From contig NC_043001.1 of the NCBI RefSeq assembly GCF_006345805.1, positions 67,952,001-68,016,000 of the forward strand: a stretch of 64,000 nt of DNA. Direction: 5' to 3'. The DNA is from Octopus sinensis (Eukaryota). The notes under the pieces were generated by a model. It saw only the letters and a list, made by a program, of their open reading frames with translations, did no database searches and was not told the origin of the DNA. Positions within the stretch are counted from its first letter, which is position 1, and every line of letters starts with the position of its first letter. The position numbers and the translations under genes were made by a program. Positions 1-14,229 of this stretch are shown here, piece after piece.

Positions 1-42
1 CACACACCTTAATCAATATTCATAATTGTTTCTTATTTTGGT

Positions 43-942
43 GCAAGGCCAGCAATTTTGAGGTTAGGGCAAAGTTGATAACATCGACCCCAAAACTTGA
101 TTAGTATTTTATTTTATATACCCTGAAAGGATGGAAGGTAAAACTGACTTGGCTAAGATTGGAAGTCAGAACGTAAAGGGCTGGAAAAATACCGTTAAGC
201 ATTTTGTCCGACGCGCTAACTCCAGCTCGTCGCCTTATACCCGATATAGATAATCCTTTCTACAGTAGGCACAAGGCCTGAAATTTTGGCGGGAGGGGGC
301 CTAGTTAAGTACATCAACCACAGTGCTCAACTAGTACTTATTTCATTGACCTCAAAAAGTTAAAAGGCAAAGTCGACCTCTCACCAAAATTTGAACTTAG
401 AACATAAAGACAGACAAAATGCCGCAAAGCATTTTGCCCGGCGTGCTTAACGGTTCTGGTAGTTCGTCGCCTTAAAAACTATATAGATAATGATTTTAAT
501 TTTTGGCACAGGGCTAGCAATATTGCTGGAGGGTGCAAGTTGATTTCATCGACCCCCAGTGCTCGACTGGTACTTGTTTTTGCTGACTCTGAAAGGATGC
601 AAGGCAAAGTCGACCTCGGTAGAATTTGAACTGAGAATGTGAAGACAAAGCAAAATGCCACAAAGCATTTTGTCTGGCGTGCTAACCGTCCTCCACACTC
701 GCTGCCTTAAACCTGGTATAAATAACGGTTTGAAATTTTGGCACAAGGCCAGCAAATTCGGGGGAGGGAGAAAGTAGATTACATCACCCACCTAGTACTC
801 AGCTGGTACTTATTTTATAGACCCTGAAAGGGTGAAGGCAAAGTCGACCTCGGTAGAATTTGAACTTGAAACGTAAAGACGGACGAAATGTTCTGAAGTT
901 CTTTGCTCGGCGTGCTAACGATTCTGTCAACTCGCCGCCTTA
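43..942 (-). mobile_element. Four head-to-tail copies of a ~200-bp tRNA-derived SINE (approx. 43-237, 268-475, 505-710, 740-942)
   Basis: Four similar units. On the minus strand each begins GGCGGCGAG(C/T)TG...GTTAGCACG (A-box-like) and contains GTTCAAATT (B-box-like), followed by a shared body with GTCGACTTTGCCTT. Confidence 0.85.
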
Positions 943-969
943 GAACCCGATATAAATATTAAAAGAAAA

Positions 970-1790
970 TTTTGACAATGTCCAGGTTCCTGAGCCATAT
1001 AGTAGAATTGGTTCGACTGTGGATTTGAAGATTTCAAGTTTGAAGTCTCTACTGAGATTTGATGACCAGATCTTATGCATGTCATTACAGGCTGACCAGG
1101 CCATACCCTTTCTAGTTAGAAAATATTTTCCAGATGATGATATGTATGACCCAAGATATTTGTAATCAGAAACCATATTTAAGAGCGCATCGTTGAGAGT
1201 ATGGATGATGCAATCACTGTTGGACAGGCACTTGTTTATATATTCAGTCTTGGCCTCATTGAGGTAAAGACTTACACAATTTGAGGCTTGTTCGAGAGAT
1301 TGTAAAAGAGACTGGGCATTGGAGAGAGAATCACTGATAAGAGCGATGTCGTCAGCAAAGTCAGTGTCTGTCAAGTATTCAGCTGGGTGTCTGGAACTTC
1401 TTGGTTTTATTTCAAAGCCCTTGCCAGAGATGGTATCAACTGACATACGTAGCACATAGTCAACGACAAATCTCTCGTGGAAGCGTCATCCAACCAAAAT
1501 GCAAATATATGGGAAACTACCACCTGTGTCATTTCTTGTGAAAGGTAGGAGAGTCCAGTTTGCTGGACATTGTTGTAGAGCTGAAAACGAGGCAATTTCT
1601 ACTCTTCTCTTCTGGAAGCCATCTACTCGCAATACCAGAGGGCGCACACTCTCCTACCCTGATGTAATCTCCAGGGATACAGGCATCCAGCAACAGGACC
1701 TCCGTAATGCTATGATGGACCGTGAAGTCTGGCGTAGCATGGTAAATTGCATTGTCTCGACCACGGTCGAACAATGATGATGATGATGGA
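970..1790. mobile_element. 5'-truncated RTE-type LINE with inverted 5' part: RT segment on minus (970-1469) and C-terminal segment on plus (1469-1777), ending in a (TGA)n tail
   Basis: Minus ORF has FADDIAL...YKYLGS...ILLYGSGTW. Plus segment reads NLSWKRHPTK...RRVQFAGHC...DREVWR, the usual downstream continuation in RTE ORFs. The stop codon begins the TGA repeats. Confidence 0.85.
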
Positions 1791-1831
1791 GAAATAAAGT
1801 CTGTTGGTTACTTAACTGTCATAAAATGAGA

Positions 1832-3951
<2,120 letters not shown>

Positions 3952-4037
3952 TTATATATATATGTATATATATATAACAATTGCAGTGTGGAAGAAACAC
4001 CAAACACCGTTCGATTCACTTCAACATTTAAATTTCA

Positions 4038-4088
4038 TTTGTCAAAATATTTTCGTTGCTTTGAGACTGCGACCTGCTCACTGACAAA
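4038..4088 (-). ncRNA. Minimal type I hammerhead ribozyme variant with G3/C8 core
   Basis: Minus strand: UUUGUCA-GUGAGCA-G-GUCGC-AGUCUCAAA-GCAAC-GAA-AAUAUU-U-UGACAAA. Stem I is 7 bp, stem II has 4 of 5 pairs, stem III is palindromic. Confidence 0.65.
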
Positions 4089-4124
4089 ATTCCGTGCTGC
4101 ATCTGAGAAAGTAACAGTTAGTTC

Positions 4125-4125
<1 letters not shown>

Positions 4126-4155
<30 letters not shown>

Positions 4156-4240
4156 TGTATGTATGTATGTATGTATGTATGTATGTATGCATGTATGCAT
4201 GTATGCATGTATGTATGTATGTATGTATGTATGTATGTGT
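4126..4240. repeat. (TATG)n microsatellite grading into TA/CA-rich low complexity up to ~5000
   Basis: Direct inspection. Confidence 0.95.
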
Positions 4241-5042
4241 ACATGTATGTGCGTATGCATATGTGTACATGCGTATGCATGTGTGCTCGCCTATACGCAT
4301 GTATGTATGTACGTACGTATGTACTTATGTATGTACGTGAGTATTTAGGTAAGTGTGTAGACGTGTCTGTGTGTGTGTACATGTGTATGTACATGTGAAC
4401 GTATGTTTATGTACTGATATGTGTCTGTTCAAGTTATATACAAGACTGTTACTTTGTTGAAGTTTGTATACATATACACATATATGTATATAGACACACA
4501 TACATATATATGTGTTTGTATGTGTGCATTTGTCCCTCTCACCACCGTCTAACAGTGAATGGATGCAACGTCTTAGATACATATATGCACATATAACCTT
4601 ATTTATACATATATACAAGTACACACAATCATATACACACCTACACACACTCACAAATATACGTTTAATTTTAAAGTATACACACATATACGCTTATCCA
4701 TCTCTACACATATATATATGACACTATTTTCACGGACAACGGTTAAAATTCAAATTTGCTTTATTTTGTTCTTTTTATTCTTTTTTGAAACTTTTTTACA
4801 CGCATACATATACAATACATACATATATCTACATATACTCATATGTGCATGCATGTACATACTCATACACTAACATACACAACACACAACACACAACACA
4901 TACACACACGTACATACACACATGCATCTACACATACGTACATATGTATCAAACTATATATGCTCATACGGTTATATATAACTACGTATATGTGTTTTAG
5001 TATCATGGATTTCAACATGTATGTATGGATTTTCACGTGTAA

Positions 5043-6700
5043 ATGAGAGAGAGGGGTGGCTATAGAAGGGTACGCCCGAGTGAAATCTGGATGTTACCAC
5101 ATTCGGATTTACGGTTGAGAGTGGGTTTGTATTCTTGTATACAGACAGCTTCAGTGACTTGTCTCAACATTGCATCAGTGGGGTGTGTGGATAAGATGTT
5201 TAACTTAATTTTTCCTAAGAAGCCCTTGGGGGCAGTCAACAGCATGCTAATAGAAGATGGAGTTTGGTTTCTTTTCAATGTAGTTGTCCAGGTGTTCTTT
5301 GAACCTATCATTGATACTCCTAGAAGTCTCACCAATGTATTACTCTGGGTTAGTCGCGAAAGCTACTTCTTGGGACTTAATTTGGTATACAGTGCTCTTG
5401 GTTTTGCAGTTCACGTGTGGGTTTGTAGAACATACTGCACAATTATTTTGACACGTGATTCTATCAAATGGATATGATCTACATAATACAGATTTGATAG
5501 TCCTACCTGTCTTTTCAGCAACTTTGATCTTAAGGCCAGTTGTACACAGGATTTTCTTGAATGCCTTACTTAATTCGTTCTTAGGTTTGGCGTCAACAAA
5601 CATTACAGTGAAATTTCTTGTTATACCAAGTATTGTTTGTATTTCTTTTGTTGGTGTCCCTCTCTAACCTATTCCAGAACTTGTTGCGGTATAGGGGGCA
5701 TATACCATTTTCGTCATCTCTTAGAATGCGTTCGAATCTTGTTTTCGCTCCTTTGTACACTCTGATTCTATCGTACTGTGTGTATCCGGAACGTTGCATT
5801 CGGAATATGTAGTGCTAGATGTGTTGTTGTCGTTCTTGTGGTTGGCATAGTGGAAATACATTCCTCATTACTTTAACTAAGTCTGCCACAAAAATGTTGA
5901 TCTTGGTAGTACTCGACATCGCCGAGTCACTACGGATTACCAGTGGATTAGCCATAGGTTTACAATAGTGTGAGAAGAGTAAACAGGATTTAACAGTTCC
6001 ATTAACCATAGTATTTTCTATCCATAGCTCAGTATCTAGGACAGGTAATCTATTACTGGGGTGTTTAGAGGGGTAGTCTACAGTGACCTTTATACTGCTA
6101 TGGATAGAGTCAGCTATGTGTTGCATAGCTGTCATCACCTGTTCTTCATTTAGTAGAGTGTCTATATCTGTATTACTTTTACATTTCACAAGGTTAATGT
6201 CGTCAGCGTATCGACAGTACATAGCTAAGTGGATGTTACGGGTCGCTAGGCACTGTTTAAAATGTATAGAGATAGTTTGTGAGAGTAAGATGATATTTAA
6301 AAATGTGGTCGTATATGAGCTAGGTCTCTTCCTGGCCCTAACTTGTACCGATGAATATATGTCACGCAATAACCTTTTATATGCTTGTCCCACCCGTAAC
6401 AAACGAAGTAGACCACCTACCATTACCTCAGCATACAAAAAGACCCACTGTGAACGCTGGCAGAGCTGGACGAAGCCAGACTACCCACGTTCAGATGCAT
6501 ACGACATCAGAACATGCTATCGGTGTCAGCCTTGGAACTACTCTTAAAACCCATAATTTTAAGTTTAACAATAATCTGTATAAACAGATAAAAGGCGGTG
6601 CTATTGGAGTAGGGATCGACGGTGATGTTGCTAATCTCTTCATGATATGGTAGGACAGACATTTTAAACAGTGCCTAGCGACCCGTAACATCCACTTAGC

Positions 6701-6706
<6 letters not shown>
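5043..6706 (-). mobile_element. Second Penelope-like element: RT C-terminus plus GIY-YIG on minus (5043-6264), with an inverted upstream RT segment on plus (6265-6706)
   Basis: Minus: YCRYADDINL, LPVLDTELW, CKTKSTVYQI, RQVTEAVCIQEYKPTLNRK. Plus: NFKFNNNLYKQIKGGAIG. The plus piece is homologous to the first PLE around 2340-2540 (ELGL.L.LTC...RPPTITS). Confidence 0.85.
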
Positions 6707-6740
<34 letters not shown>

Positions 6741-7317
6741 TGTATATGTATATGTATAATCGACACTGGAAAATGTTGAGCTCTAAAGGGACAAAATAAA
6801 ATGTTACAGAGCATTTAATCTGTCCTCTTACATTTGACAATTCTATGCCCTGAAATTAGAATTGTAAACGAGATAAATATGTTAGGAAAACCGTCTGTGA
6901 GTTGACGATGCTTGAAAATTATATTAACTCGAAATTAGAGGCTTTTTAATGAGAAGCAGTATCCAGTGAACGAATATTAATTAGTGGATCTTGTTATATC
7001 CAACGAAATAATTTGTTACGAGTACATAGAAGATATATTTTATTTTTTAGTATCTTCCTTATTTTCTTGTTATTGTATTCATGATTCCTTATCGTATGTT
7101 GCACAAACGACGAGACAGATGTCTTGTGTTAAAGCTTTTTTGTTCTGGTTTAGAAAGAAGGTCAAATGTATAGAAAGATAACAACTCTTCTATCATTATA
7201 TTTGTAGGGTTCAGTAGTTATCATAAAAGTCATTTGTCTATGATGATGGTGTGAAGAGAACTGATGGTTGAGAAGTGAGGTAATTAGGATATCAGAAACA
7301 TGTGCTGTGTTGTACCG

Positions 7318-7331
7318 ATGAGAGGGAGAGA

Positions 7332-7391
<60 letters not shown>

Positions 7392-7410
7392 AGGAGGGAG
7401 GGAGAGATAG
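7318..7410. repeat. (GA)n microsatellite
   Basis: Direct inspection. Confidence 0.95.
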
Positions 7411-7544
7411 ACATAGAGAGGAAATAAAATATAAGAAACAAAGCAATATCGCTATTGAATTATAAAATCAGTTTTTTTATTATGTTCACTATTAGGAAAG
7501 TTGATGAGTGGAGAGAAAAGTAGAAAAAAAGTGGACAGTATAAT

Positions 7545-7795
7545 TTGCCGTGTTTAGTTGCGACGTTTTAGCTTTTAAGTTCAAATTCCAGCAGGTTTAA
7601 TTTGACTTTATCATTAGTTCATCCGGATTCGTGGTCGATTGAAATAAGTACTTTATGCTTAACAGGTATAGACCACACAACCACCACCATCACTACCACC
7701 ATCACGTCCCTCCTCCTCCTCCTCCTCCCTGGGACAATGTAATCGACTTACCCCACTCCCCAAACTGCTGGCCTTGTGCTAAAATTTTAAGCTAT
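7545..7795 (+). mobile_element. Degraded tRNA-derived SINE of the 43-942 family, interrupted by CCA/CCT repeats
   Basis: AGTTCAAATTCC B-box region, ...ATGTAATCGACTT...GGCCTTGTGCTAAAATTT body. Confidence 0.65.
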
Positions 7796-7804
7796 TTGGT
7801 AGTT

Positions 7805-8274
7805 TTCCTCTGTCCGAAGGCTATGGTGAAAGAGATCATGAAGTGGACAAGGCTGAAAGAACTGAAGCAAATACTTTCCTCTTCAACCAAGCCCATATCG
7901 ACTTTGCCAAGTTGCACTTGAAAAGGAAAGTGAGGGTAAAGAGAGAAGTGCTGCACCCAGTAGTTTTGTTGAAAAGTGGGTGAATGCGGTGAGGATGGCC
8001 CGTGTGAATACGCTGTAGGCCGGACAGGATGTGGAGGAGAGAGATGCCTATATGGGGTACCCTTGGCGGTCAGGATGACCAGGATGTGTAGGGTTCCTTC
8101 GTTGACCCTGAGAGGAACTCCATTCTTTGGAGGAATTTTATTCTTTAAATTTTGTTGTTAATTGTTATAATTTTTATTGTGTATACGTGATTTTGTGTTG
8201 AGTCCCACTTGTCCTGTGTTTTGTATAGTCATTTATTGTTTTCTGTTCGGCCCTTGTGGCCAGTAAAGAAAAGA
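7805..8274 (+). mobile_element. Old 3' fragment of a Tx1-like LINE related to the 47.8-62.1 kb family
   Basis: Decayed translation AMVKEI..WTRLK..NTFL...HLKRKVRVKRE...WVNAVRMAR parallels AMAKECIWWTRLKGLETNTFL...HLKRKVRVERQ...WVNVARMAR. The 3' end CGGCCCTTGTGGCCAGTAAAGAAA parallels CAGCCCTGTGTGGCTAATAAAGAAA. Confidence 0.8.
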
Positions 8275-8442
8275 TCATCATCCTCATCATCTTCTTCTTC
8301 TTCTTCTTCTTCTTCTTCTTCTTCTTCTTCTTCTTCTTCTTCTTCTTCTTCTTCTTCTTCTTCTTCTTCTTCTTCTTCTTCTTCTTCTTCTTCTTCTTCT
8401 TTACCATTCGATTATGATTATCAGCATTTTATTACAGCAGCA

Positions 8443-8521
<79 letters not shown>
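8275..8521. repeat. (TCA)n/(TTC)n tract (to ~8401) and (TAC)n tract (~8444-8521)
   Basis: Direct inspection. Confidence 0.97.
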
Positions 8522-8522
<1 letters not shown>

Positions 8523-9457
8523 AATTCTTATATGTTGCTTTGCTTTTAATGTTATTTTTGTTGATATTGTTTTAGTACAGCTGCACTAGATTCACTTATT
8601 TCTACATTGTTTTAAGGCAGTGAGTAGGAGAAGGAAAAAGAGGAAGAAGAAAAGGGGAGGGGAGAGGAGTTGTGATATCTGTAGATCAATGATAAAAAGT
8701 CATTCCAGTCGTTACCATCCTGACTTTATAGAAGAATGTTTGATTATAGTATACTGTATACTCCTTTTTCCCCCATGACAGGAGAGATATTTGGCTGTTA
8801 GTTTTAGCAGATCGAGGTTCAGTTGTTGTCTCATTCAAAATAAATGGATAATATATGAAACAGTACTTCTGGTTCCGCCCTGAATTCAGAAGTATAATTC
8901 AGATAGAATTACATTAACTAATTTATGAGGTGTGAAAAAATTAGAGCTTAAAGATGATGTTATCACTGTGCCCCCAAACAGTCCTGACCCAACAGATTTA
9001 TGATCAAAGGTCTTCCATCCACGACCATCCAGTTTTTATTGCATATATACATGTGTATACATACTTCACACAGACACACACACGCACACAAACACACATG
9101 CATATGTGCACGCATATTTATATGCATATGTACCCCTATATATATCTCTCTCTCTCTATATATATATATATTATATAATTCGCCCCTCTTTGGAACAAAA
9201 TACAGTAATTTTAATTTTTTATGTTAAATCAATGTTTACCCTACAAAAGTATACAACAGGAAAAACAACAATAACAACAAAATGTGAAGTTGATTAGATA
9301 GTGAAAAAAAGTGATGTCAATACTAACAGACAATAGACGAACTGTTTTCAAATGGTGAGCTCCTGGCAAAGACGAAGCATATTTACAGGAAACAGCCAGT
9401 AGGTAGTTATATTGTTTGGGCTGGTGGCCAATGAAATTACAATGTGTGTGATGTGCA

Positions 9458-9465
<8 letters not shown>

Positions 9466-9513
<48 letters not shown>

Positions 9514-9660
9514 ATATATAAGTATGTATGCATTATGTATGTATGTATGTATGTATGTATGAATGTATGTATGTATGTATGTATGTATGTATGTATGTAT
9601 GTATGTATGTATGTATGTATGTATGTATGTATGTATGTATGTGTGTGTGTGTGTGTGTGT
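9466..9660. repeat. Compound (TA)n/(TATG)n/(TG)n microsatellite
   Basis: Direct inspection. Confidence 0.95.
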
Positions 9661-10399
9661 GACGTACAAAATCAGGGTTTCGAGAACAATAGTCAAGCTA
9701 CAATAACCTATTAAACACCATCCGGTAACGGACTGACTACAGACTGACAATCAATGTGTCTGACATCATTATCAAAGATCTGGATTAAATAGGGGAAATA
9801 TTTACAAACGTACAATTTATGAAGTAGCTGGAAATAGTAGTTAATTCCCTCTATAAATCACACCCACACCGTCTTTGAAAAAGAATGAGTATCTTAAATC
9901 GAGAATCAATGACTAAGAGATGTGATCTTATTGGAAAAAAGAAAAAAAACTTAACGTAAGTTAAAACAGAATTCACTTATTTGTTACAAGGAAATTGAAA
10001 ATATTTTTTTATATGACTCTAACATGTCGCAAATTTTAAAAGGGCTTTATGAAATATTTTTTAAGTGGTTAGCGTATTTTCCGTCACACAAGTCGACTTA
10101 GTATATACTACAAACGTATAGTATAAACATTCAAACATCGTCAATGTCTTTTCTAATCTTGATGCATTTCACACGGACTTTTTGGTCCTCCGAAGTCGTT
10201 ATGGTGTATAAAGTCGCCAACCTATTTTGGCTATAAATGTTGGCTGTAAATTTGGGTGTAAATTTTGGTTTGCAAAAATTTAACTTCTGCGCTGGAAAAT
10301 GCAGTAACATTTATCTCGAAGCAAGGAGACCTGCTTGCAGTAGTTTGATCTGCTAGAAATACGCAATCAACCAACAAATATTTTCTCATTAAGGAAAAG

Positions 10400-10437
10400 T
10401 CTTTTACGTTTCGAGCCTACTCTCTTCGACAGAAAGG
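10400..10437 (-). ncRNA. Minimal hammerhead-like motif (U6 variant)
   Basis: CUUU-CUGUCGA-A-GAGA-GUAG-GCUC-GAAAC-GUA-AAAG, immediately downstream of the PLE ORF. Confidence 0.5.
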
Positions 10438-11700
10438 ATTAAAAAGACGAAAAAGAGAAAAAATGAAAGAAAAAGAAAAACGGGAAGAAAAAATTGTTAT
10501 TTGGTCTACAAGGAGTGAATGTTCGAGTGAAAATGAGTGTTTGCTCTCGTTGGAGACTTGAGTCTGAGGAACCACTGATATGACGACACCTATGCTGAAC
10601 ACGAAGATCTGCCAGATTGAATGCTTCATAAAACAGAATTGTCATGTAACGAAGGGTCAAGACGGATGTCCTGCAGGTTTTCTGTAAAGCAGTCAGACAA
10701 ACGTTGTTCAGTCTGATCTATATATTAGGATTTGCCATAAGGGCATTTTAAGCAATAAATAAGATTGGTAGATGCGTAGATGAAGGAGTCTGATATATGG
10801 AAGGAGTGGTGGTTGGTCCAGTGAGGAGAATAGCGTAAGAGTTGGAAAAGAAGTGACGTGCGTGTTAGCAAGCAAATGATCCAGGTCGGATTTGAGGTTA
10901 CGGAAGGAATGAGCCGCGGACGAACTGGCAACGTAGATTACCGAAGCACTTAATGGCAGGTTGGGTGGGCTGGAGAAGATGTGAGTAGTTTAGATGTTTG
11001 TCTGGAGGATTTGGATTGTGCATGAGGTAGAATAGAGGGGTGGTAGTGAAGAGGGAAAGGAAAGATTTTGATGGCACAGAGGAAGGATGGAGGTGTGGTT
11101 TATTTTAAGGCTGCGAGTGAAGGCAGCTTAGACTAAGCTGGCGAGTATTCGAGTCGAGTGAGTTGTTGGACGGACTACGCATTGAAATTACATTTTACAA
11201 TCATATTGGCGGCTACAGTGAAGGCTGAGCTAGAGGAATTGTAAGTAACAAGTAGATTGTTTAGTGTAGGTAGAGTGGGAGGAGGCGAAGGCAGCATAAA
11301 AGTGGGAGTCGATAGGTTTGTAAAAGGTGGTGCTGGTGAGGTTAATGGTGGGGTGATCGATGACAACAGAGATGTCAAGAAAGTTAACTGTGATGTCAGA
11401 AATGGAGGGGGCGAATTCTAGAGAGGAATGAAACGAGTTGAAAAGATGAATGTGTTGAGATATTCACAGGAGAGGGAGATGGCGCTGAAACAGTCAGTGA
11501 TGTGAAGACTATAGCGTTGCGGCAGGGGCCTGCAAACTCTGTAAGGATCTGAGTCTCAACAGGACTAACAAGCAGATTAGCATAGTTCGGTACTATTCAG
11601 GGATTAAAGCCACCCCAGACACCGTCGAACGAGAAGCAGCTAAGAGTGGGAACAAGTTCGACTAAATAGAAGTGAGTAAAGATCCAAGGTTGATAAGTCG
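10400..11700 (-). mobile_element. Heavily degraded Penelope-like element (Neptune-type RT plus GIY-YIG) ending in a hammerhead-like motif
   Basis: Minus-strand remnants: SCFSFDG...PNYANLLV, LEFAPSISDITVNFLDISV, SFHISDSFIYASTNLIYCLKC...YIDQTEQRLSDCF.E.LQDIR, REQTLIF. Confidence 0.75.
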
Positions 11701-12430
11701 AGAAAATGTATTGTAAACGTCTAAATATTCTCCATATATTTGTGTCGAAACAATGGTATTTTTATGACATACACAAATCTATCATCATACACATCACTTA
11801 ATTTAAATTTAATTACAATCAAACTATTTAAACTGCATTAAAAGGACTTTAAAAAACAAATTTGACGTGAAATTAAAAATATAAAATGATTTTCTGGTTC
11901 GGCCACTTACTTTGAAAATACTTTTCAAATAAAGAATAAATAGCAAAAACAATGCCGGATAATTCAGTTGTTTGTTTTTTACTCTAAACGTTAATTTGAT
12001 AGTTCTAGCTTATTGCTGACTTAGCGGTTTTTGTTTTGTAAGCTTTTTTCTTTTAATTTCTCCTCAAATATTTTTCGATTTCTTAAAATTCTTAACGAAA
12101 ATACAAAGTAGTTGGCGAATTATGCATATAGCTTTTTCCAACGAAATATTCCACTCGACTTGCATTCAATAAAGGTATTTCATGAGACGTTTTAATCACC
12201 AGAGTTGAATTCACATTAAAAGTAGCTTTGAATATATTTACTCTTCCATTGTTTTATTTATTTATTTTTTTACTTTCTGCCAAATCTTTGCTCTGACATA
12301 TTTTAGCTATCTTCTTAATGTTATTGTGTTTTACCTTATGAAAATTGGATGAATTAATTTCCTTATGATTCTCTGATTAGAAAAGAAAATCATTACATCA
12401 AGATATTATTTGCCTCATTATTATTATAAA

Positions 12431-12990
12431 AGCGGCGAACTGGCAGAGTCGTTACCGCGTCGGGAAAAATGCTTAGCGGCGTTTCGTCCGTCTTTACATT
12501 CTGAGTTCAAATTCTTCCTAGGTATGCTTTGCATTTCATCCTGTCGGAGTCGATAAAATAAGTGCCAGTTGAACATTGGGGGTCAATGTAAGCGACTTCA
12601 CCCAAACTTGCTGGCTTTATGCCAAAATTTGAAAGCACTATTAATATAATGGCGGTGTGTTAGCAGAATTGTTACCGCACCGGAAAAAATACTTTGCAGC
12701 ATTTCGTCCATCTTTACGCTCTGAGTTCAAATTCTTCCGAGGTTGACCTTGCCTTTCATCTTTTCAGGGTCGATAAAATTGAAACTGGGGTCGATGTAAT
12801 CGACTTAACCCTTCCACCAGAATTTCGGGCCTTGTGCTTATAGCAGAAAGTATTAATGGGGTATTATTATTAAAGCAGCGGACAGAGAGAATCGTTAGCG
12901 TGCTGGACAAAAGACTTAACAGAATTTATTCCAGTTCTTTACTTTCCAAGTTCAAATCCCGCTAAGGTTAACATTGCCTTTCATCCCTTC
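12431..12990 (+). mobile_element. Three tandem tRNA-derived SINE copies (same family as 43-942)
   Basis: Repeated GCGGCGAACTGGCAGAGTCGTT...GAGTTCAAATT...GCCTTTCATC units starting near 12431, 12651 and 12875. Confidence 0.8.
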
Positions 12991-13177
12991 TGGAGTCGAG
13001 ATCTGGGGGTAGCCAAAGCACGAGATGGTTAGATAATATCTATAGTATTAATTCGTCACGCTTGGGAATCGAACCGGAAAATGTGTTGACAGCTACTTCT
13101 GATAGTAATCTCCGGAGAAGGTGACTCATCTCTTCCAATCCTTTCAAGATAGTGGGCGGAGAAGACGGATGGATAAT

Positions 13178-13365
13178 TTATTATTGGAGCTATTACGTGC
13201 TTTTTAGTTCGATAGTGCATTATCCTGAGATTTAGTGGCAGCAAATCTCAAATCTCAAGAATCTTTCATAGAATTCTTGCAGAATATAAAATGGCACTTT
13301 TCTTAAGTTTGATAATATGTATCTCAAATCCAATATTCTTCAGCTTCTTAGAATACAATGCGCCG
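13178..13365 (-). mobile_element. Short 3' end of an R4/Dong-like RLE retrotransposon
   Basis: Minus reads KNIGFEIHIIKLKKSAILYSARIL*KILEI*, similar to the C-terminus of the 19715-20383 ORF (KEIQKIVLTSTAHILRKTLSM*). A short UTR then ends in AATAATAA. Confidence 0.55.
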
Positions 13366-13769
13366 CTCAGTACAGGAATCGAACCCACGAGCGGTAGAAC
13401 GTGAAAGGAAAAGGGGAAATCTTGATCTAGGTCATGCACCTTTGAAACACAAACACCATTCACACAACTAACCCAGCACATACAGAACACAATCACACCC
13501 CGACTCTTAAACACACAACTCACATAGTTTATACCAACCTCAACAATTATCCAACACAATACTACCCACACTGTACATAGGCTACACAACAAACAGTTGA
13601 TAAGAAAATAACATAAAGACACTACAGCAAACAAGATAAATGCACACAAACATAACTCTACACCCCAACAGGCTATACTTCTCATACTTCAGAGGGACTG
13701 GGGCGTACCATGCATGGTGCAATAGAAACTTACAGGAAGCTCTTGTCAAGGTAACGATAGTGATTTTTT

Positions 13770-13980
13770 TTCTAATTTAGATGAAAAGGCAGCAATTTGG
13801 AGGGCAGGGGCCTAGCATATACCATCAACCGTAGTAATTGACCAGTACTTTATTTTATCGACCCCAGAATGATTAAAGGCAAAACTGATGTCAATGGATT
13901 TGGATCTCAGAATGCAGAGAGTCGAAAGAAATACCGTACGGCATTTTTTTTGTCCTAACTATTCTGTCAGTTTGCTGCCT
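13770..13980 (-). mobile_element. Degraded tRNA-derived SINE copy
   Basis: Same motifs as 43-942 (ATCGACCCC...AAAGGCAAA...GAAATACC). Confidence 0.65.
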
Positions 13981-14229
13981 GTAATGATAATAATGATGAT
14001 GATGATATTGATGATGATGATAATGATGATGATGATGATGATGATGATTTTTTTTTTATTAGACTCAAGGTTATGGATCAGTGGGATGTCACAAAAATAG
14101 TCAATAATTTGTGTAGGTATTGAGAAAGAAATAGCAAAGATTGTGAAATATGATAAAAGTATACAAAGTATGTAGTCTTCCTAATACAGGAGAAAATTCA
14201 ACCAGGGTCAATCAAGGTACCCCCACAAA

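Noticed and set aside
43-942. Functional tRNA genes (also 24703, 33979, 63700, 13370-13410)
   Set aside because: A/B-box-like heads continue into SINE bodies, and no complete cloverleaf is evident.
970-1800. Target-site duplication around the inverted RTE copy
   Set aside because: Only loose A-rich similarity (GAAAAT vs GAGAAAT); not supportable.
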